Position numbers and translations under genes: made by a program. Shown here in pieces: positions 60,499 through 64,000 of a DNA stretch of 64,000 nt. The notes under the pieces are model-generated. The model did no database searches and had not been told where the DNA came from. It was given only the letters and a program-made list of their open reading frames with translations. This DNA is from Flavobacteriales bacterium (GTDB lineage: Bacteria; Bacteroidota; Bacteroidia; Flavobacteriales_F; PHOS-HE28). The stretch lies in NCBI GenBank assembly GCA_031411095.1, contig JANOAK010000006.1, forward strand, positions 11,342 to 75,341. Direction: 5' to 3'. How positions within the stretch are numbered: the first letter of the stretch is position 1; every line of letters begins with the position of its first letter.

Positions 60499-61581
60499 AT
60501 GAGCGACCTCCTCTCCAAACTCTCCTCCGTACACGACCGGCGCGTGGAGATCGGCAAGCAGTTGGCCGATCCCAGCGTGATCGCCGACCAGAAGCGCTTT
60601 GTCCAGCTCAATCGGGAATACCGCGACCTGGGACCCATCGATGAGGCATATGAGCGTTACAAGCGCACATTCGAACAGCTGGAAGGCACCAAGGAGATGC
60701 TGCGCACCGAGAAGGACGCGGACATGATCGACATGGTGCGCACCGAACAGCGCGACCTCCAGGCGCAATTGGAAGCCATGGACGAGGAGATCCGCATGAT
60801 GCTGGTGCCCAAGGATCCCAACGACGATCGGAACTGCACCATGGAGATCCGTGCAGGCACCGGCGGTGATGAGGCCAGCATCTTCGCGGGCGACCTCTAC
60901 CGCATGTACACGCGCTATTGCGAAGGCCGTGGCTGGAAGGTGGAAGTGGCCGATGTGAGCGAAGGCTCCGCCGGGGGCTACAAGGAAGTGGTGATCAACG
61001 TCACTGGCGATGGCGTGTATGGCGTTCTGAAATATGAGGCCGGTGTGCATCGTGTGCAACGCGTGCCGCAGACCGAAGCACAAGGCCGCATCCACACCAG
61101 TGCGGCCACAGTGACCGTGCTGCCCGAGGCCGAGGAGTTCGATGTGGAGGTGAAGGAGAGCGACGTGAAGATGGAGACCGCGCGCAGCGGTGGGGCCGGT
61201 GGACAGAACGTGAACAAGGTGGAGACCAAGGTGCGCCTCACCCACATCCCCACCGGCATCGTGGTGATGTGCCAGACCGACCGCAGCCAGCTCGGCAACC
61301 GCATGAAGGCCATGCAGATGCTGCGCACCAAGCTTTACGACGAAGGGCTGCGTAAGATCCAGGAGGCCGAATCGCAGCACCGCAAGAGCCAGGTGAGCAG
61401 CGGCGACCGTAGCGCCAAGATCCGCACCTACAACTATCCGCAAAGCCGTGTCACCGATCACCGCATCGAATACACCGCGCACAACCTGCCCGCCATCATG
61501 AACGGTGATCTGCAGGACATCATCGACGCACTGCAACTCGCGGACCGCACGGAAAAGCTCAAGGAGGGAAGCAATGCGTGA
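60499..61581 (+). CDS. prfA: Peptide chain release factor 1
   Basis: [21 protein letters not shown] (PxT, RF1), GGQ and [13 protein letters not shown] motifs; ATG 60499. Confidence 0.96.
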   Translation: MSDLLSKLSSVHDRRVEIGKQLADPSVIADQKRFVQLNREYRDLGPIDEAYERYKRTFEQLEGTKEMLRTEKDADMIDMVRTEQRDLQAQLEAMDEEIRMMLVPKDPNDDRNCTMEIRAGTGGDEASIFAGDLYRMYTRYCEGRGWKVEVADVSEGSAGGYKEVVINVTGDGVYGVLKYEAGVHRVQRVPQTEAQGRIHTSAATVTVLPEAEEFDVEVKESDVKMETARSGGAGGQNVNKVETKVRLTHIPTGIVVMCQTDRSQLGNRMKAMQMLRTKLYDEGLRKIQEAESQHRKSQVSSGDRSAKIRTYNYPQSRVTDHRIEYTAHNLPAIMNGDLQDIIDALQLADRTEKLKEGSNA

Positions 61582-61674
61582 TCAGAAGATCAGAAAATGT
61601 GATGATCAGATAATGGGTGCTCTACGATCCACGTGTTTCATTTTCTGATCATCTGATCATCTAATTTTCTGATC
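61580..61674. repeat. 8-nt periodic inverted-repeat element filling the prfA-pyrF spacer
   Basis: GATCAGAA GATCAGAA AATGTGAT GATCAGAT AATG, 23-nt core, CATT TTCTGATC ATCTGATC ATCTAATT TTCTGATC. Confidence 0.75.
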
Positions 61675-61676
61675 GA

Positions 61677-62507
61677 ATGACCCGCACGGAACTCATCGCC
61701 ACCATCAAGCGCAAACGCAGCCTGCTCTGCGTGGGCCTCGATACGGAACGGCATCTGCTGCCACCCCAGTTCCGCGACCTGGCGAACGCGGTCCGTGCAT
61801 TCAATGAGGCCATCATCGATGCCACGCACGATATCGCCGTGGCCTACAAGCTGAACGTGGCGTTCTACGAGGCCAACGGTGTGGAGGGCTGGCGCGACCT
61901 GGATGAAACGGTGGCTTACCTGCGCCGCAAAGGCGGATGCCTGATCATCGCCGATGCCAAACGTGGCGACATCGGCAACACGGCCCGCAAATACGCCCAT
62001 GCCTTCTTCGACCGCCTCAGCGTGGATGCGCTCACCATCGCGCCATACATGGGCCGCGACAGCGTGACGCCGTTCCTTGGGCGGGAAGGCAAATGGGCCG
62101 TGGTGCTGGGCGTCACCAGCAACGAAGGCGCCATGGATTTCCAGTTCCTGCCGGTGGACGGGCAGCAGCATCTGCTCTTCGAACGCGTGATCACCAAAGT
62201 GGCCGAATGGGGCTCGGTGGAGGATACCATGTTCGTGGTAGGGGCCACCCGTACCGATGTGCTGGAGCAGGCACGGGCCGCGGCTCCACAGCATTTCTTC
62301 CTGGTGCCCGGCGTGGGTGCACAGGGTGGGGACCTGCAAGCCGTGCTCACCAAGGCCATGACCACCGACGGGGGCCTCCTGATCAACAGCAGCCGCGGCA
62401 TCCTTCACGCAGGCGAAGGGCAGGACGCGATCCCCGCCGCGCGCAAGGCCGCGCTCGAACTGCAGCGCACCATGGAGGCCGCGCTGGTGGCGAAGGGAGT
62501 GATCTAG
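61677..62507 (+). CDS. pyrF: Orotidine-5'-phosphate decarboxylase
   Basis: LCVGLD, AYKLNVAFYE, DAKRGDIGNT, VVGAT, LVPGVGAQGG and NSSRGI motifs. Confidence 0.95.
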   Translation: MTRTELIATIKRKRSLLCVGLDTERHLLPPQFRDLANAVRAFNEAIIDATHDIAVAYKLNVAFYEANGVEGWRDLDETVAYLRRKGGCLIIADAKRGDIGNTARKYAHAFFDRLSVDALTIAPYMGRDSVTPFLGREGKWAVVLGVTSNEGAMDFQFLPVDGQQHLLFERVITKVAEWGSVEDTMFVVGATRTDVLEQARAAAPQHFFLVPGVGAQGGDLQAVLTKAMTTDGGLLINSSRGILHAGEGQDAIPAARKAALELQRTMEAALVAKGVI

Positions 62508-62510
62508 TCC

Positions 62511-62583
62511 CCCACCGCAACTGCGAGGGCGCTCTGGCCCGAAGCCCACCGCAACTGCGAGGCCGCCGCGGCCGAAGCAGTCT
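62511..62583. repeat. Tandem pair of about 34-nt REP-like hairpin units
   Basis: CCCACCGCAACTGCGAGG...GCC(C)GAAG at 62511 and 62545, each with a small internal GC stem. Confidence 0.6.
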
Positions 62584-62665
62584 TTAATTCCCCAACACGC
62601 TTTCCACTGACTGCGCTATATTATGCGTCACGCGATCGACGAAAAAATGATCGATCGCAGCAGCC

Positions 62666-64000
62666 ATGCATATCGACGCCTTCGATGTGGAGACCATCGA
62701 ATACCCGGGAAGCTTTCTCCTGCTGGATCCCGCCTTTCCCTATGGTGAAGATCTCCTTCAATTCCTGTGGGAACGGCAACTCTTCGATCGAGCAGCACTC
62801 CGGACCACCGCAGGGCTGACGGTCGAGGTGCTCAACCCCGGACGCATCCAAACCAACAGCGGGCCCGACCTGTCCGATGCGCAGATCCGTATCAACGGAC
62901 AGCTATGGGCTGGCACGGTGGAAGTGCATCTGCGCAGCAGCGACTGGAACCTGCACGGCCATCAATACGATCCCGCCTACGAGAACGTGGTGCTGCACGT
63001 GGTGTACGAGCACGATGCCGAGGTGCGCACCTGCAACGGTCACCTGATCCCCACGGTGGAACTGATGCCCCGCATTCCCAGCAGCACCATTGCCCTGCAC
63101 TACGCCCTAATGCGCGAGGAAGGATTCGTGCCCTGCGCTTCACGCCTGCACCGGATGGACAAGGGCCGCATCGGACCGTGGTTGGAGCGCGTGCTCATCG
63201 AGCGGCTGGAACGGAAGACCGGCGATGTGGCCGCTCTCTACCAACAGCTGAACGGTGACGCTTCCGAAATGGTCTACCACCTGTTGGCCCGTGCCTTCGG
63301 GCTGAAGGTGAACGCCGAGCCCTTCGGCATGCTGGCCCACGCACTGCCCTTGCGCACCCTGCTCAAATACCGCGACGAAGCGCTCCGCACCGAAGCCCTG
63401 CTCTTCGGCCAGTCCGGGCTGTTGCAGATGGACTTCGTGGATGAGTACCCACGTCGCCTGCAACACGAGCATGCGCTCCTGGTGCACATGCATGGGTTGC
63501 GTCCCGCGCCCACGGCCGCGTGGAAGTTCGGTCGCATGCGGCCCGTGAACTTCCCCACCATCCGCATCGCGCAACTGGCGCAATTGCTCATGCGTTGCGA
63601 TGGCAACTTCTCCGCGCTACTGGGCACCGACACCGTTCGCGAACTGCGCCCCATGCTCGATGTGGATGCCAGCGTGTACTGGACCGCACACTACACCTTC
63701 GATCATGAAAGCGCTCCCCGGCCCAAGCATCTGGGTCGTGCGGGTGCCGATCACCTCATCATCAACGCCGTGGTGCCAGCGCTCTTTGCGCTGGGTCGCG
63801 TGATGGGGCGCGAGGACTATGGCGAACGCGCGCTCAGTCTTCTGGAGCAGCTGCCAGCTGAGGCCAACCAAGTGCTCGGTGGCTGGCGCTCGCTCGGGTT
63901 GAAGGCCGATACCGCCGCCCGTGGCCAGGCGCTGATTGAGCTGAAGAACAGCTACTGCGGGCAACGGCGCTGCTTATCTTGCGTCATCGGTACAGAGCTC
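62666..64000 (+). CDS. DUF2851 family protein, running off the window end (absent from the ORF track)
   Basis: Manual translation from ATG 62666: ...EDLLQFLW...NSGPD...WAGTVEVH..SSDW..HGHQYDPAYENVVLHVV...RPVNFPTIRIAQ...C..RRCLSC.IG. Confidence 0.85.
   Translation, partial: MHIDAFDVETIEYPGSFLLLDPAFPYGEDLLQFLWERQLFDRAALRTTAGLTVEVLNPGRIQTNSGPDLSDAQIRINGQLWAGTVEVHLRSSDWNLHGHQYDPAYENVVLHVVYEHDAEVRTCNGHLIPTVELMPRIPSSTIALHYALMREEGFVPCASRLHRMDKGRIGPWLERVLIERLERKTGDVAALYQQLNGDASEMVYHLLARAFGLKVNAEPFGMLAHALPLRTLLKYRDEALRTEALLFGQSGLLQMDFVDEYPRRLQHEHALLVHMHGLRPAPTAAWKFGRMRPVNFPTIRIAQLAQLLMRCDGNFSALLGTDTVRELRPMLDVDASVYWTAHYTFDHESAPRPKHLGRAGADHLIINAVVPALFALGRVMGREDYGERALSLLEQLPAEANQVLGGWRSLGLKADTAARGQALIELKNSYCGQRRCLSCVIGTEL

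Overview
GC-rich chromosomal segment of a Bacteroidota genome, most likely Flavobacteriales. The evidence is Bacteroidota-type -7 promoter boxes, many T9SS C-terminal sorting domains, fused secDF, type III glutamine synthetase and DUF5606/DUF2851 proteins. About 37 genes are present. Housekeeping genes (murB, ftsE-like, gyrB, mdh, secDF, tatA/B, glnA-III, purM, prfA, pyrF) are interleaved with about 11 predicted T9SS substrates. No rRNA, tRNA, CRISPR array, transposase or integrase was recognised. Most notable: (1) an ECF sigma factor followed by a membrane-anchored anti-sigma-like protein ending in PKD domains and a type B T9SS sorting domain, upstream of three paralogous adhesins that share a head but carry 1, 0 and 27 copies of an 80-aa stalk repeat; (2) a cluster of T9SS-tagged redox proteins (pentaheme cytochrome c, cupredoxin with an atypical Cu loop, Cys-rich BNR protein) near a MauG/MbnH-type diheme enzyme; (3) a 21-nt palindrome inserted in frame in murB, with a second copy inside a periodic repeat; (4) several 7-10-nt periodic inverted-repeat elements in intergenic spacers, one bracketing a small membrane ORF; (5) a lower-GC cassette with a frameshifted tail-fibre (peptidase S74)-T9SS gene. 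All family calls come from manual motif recognition; no database searches were run.
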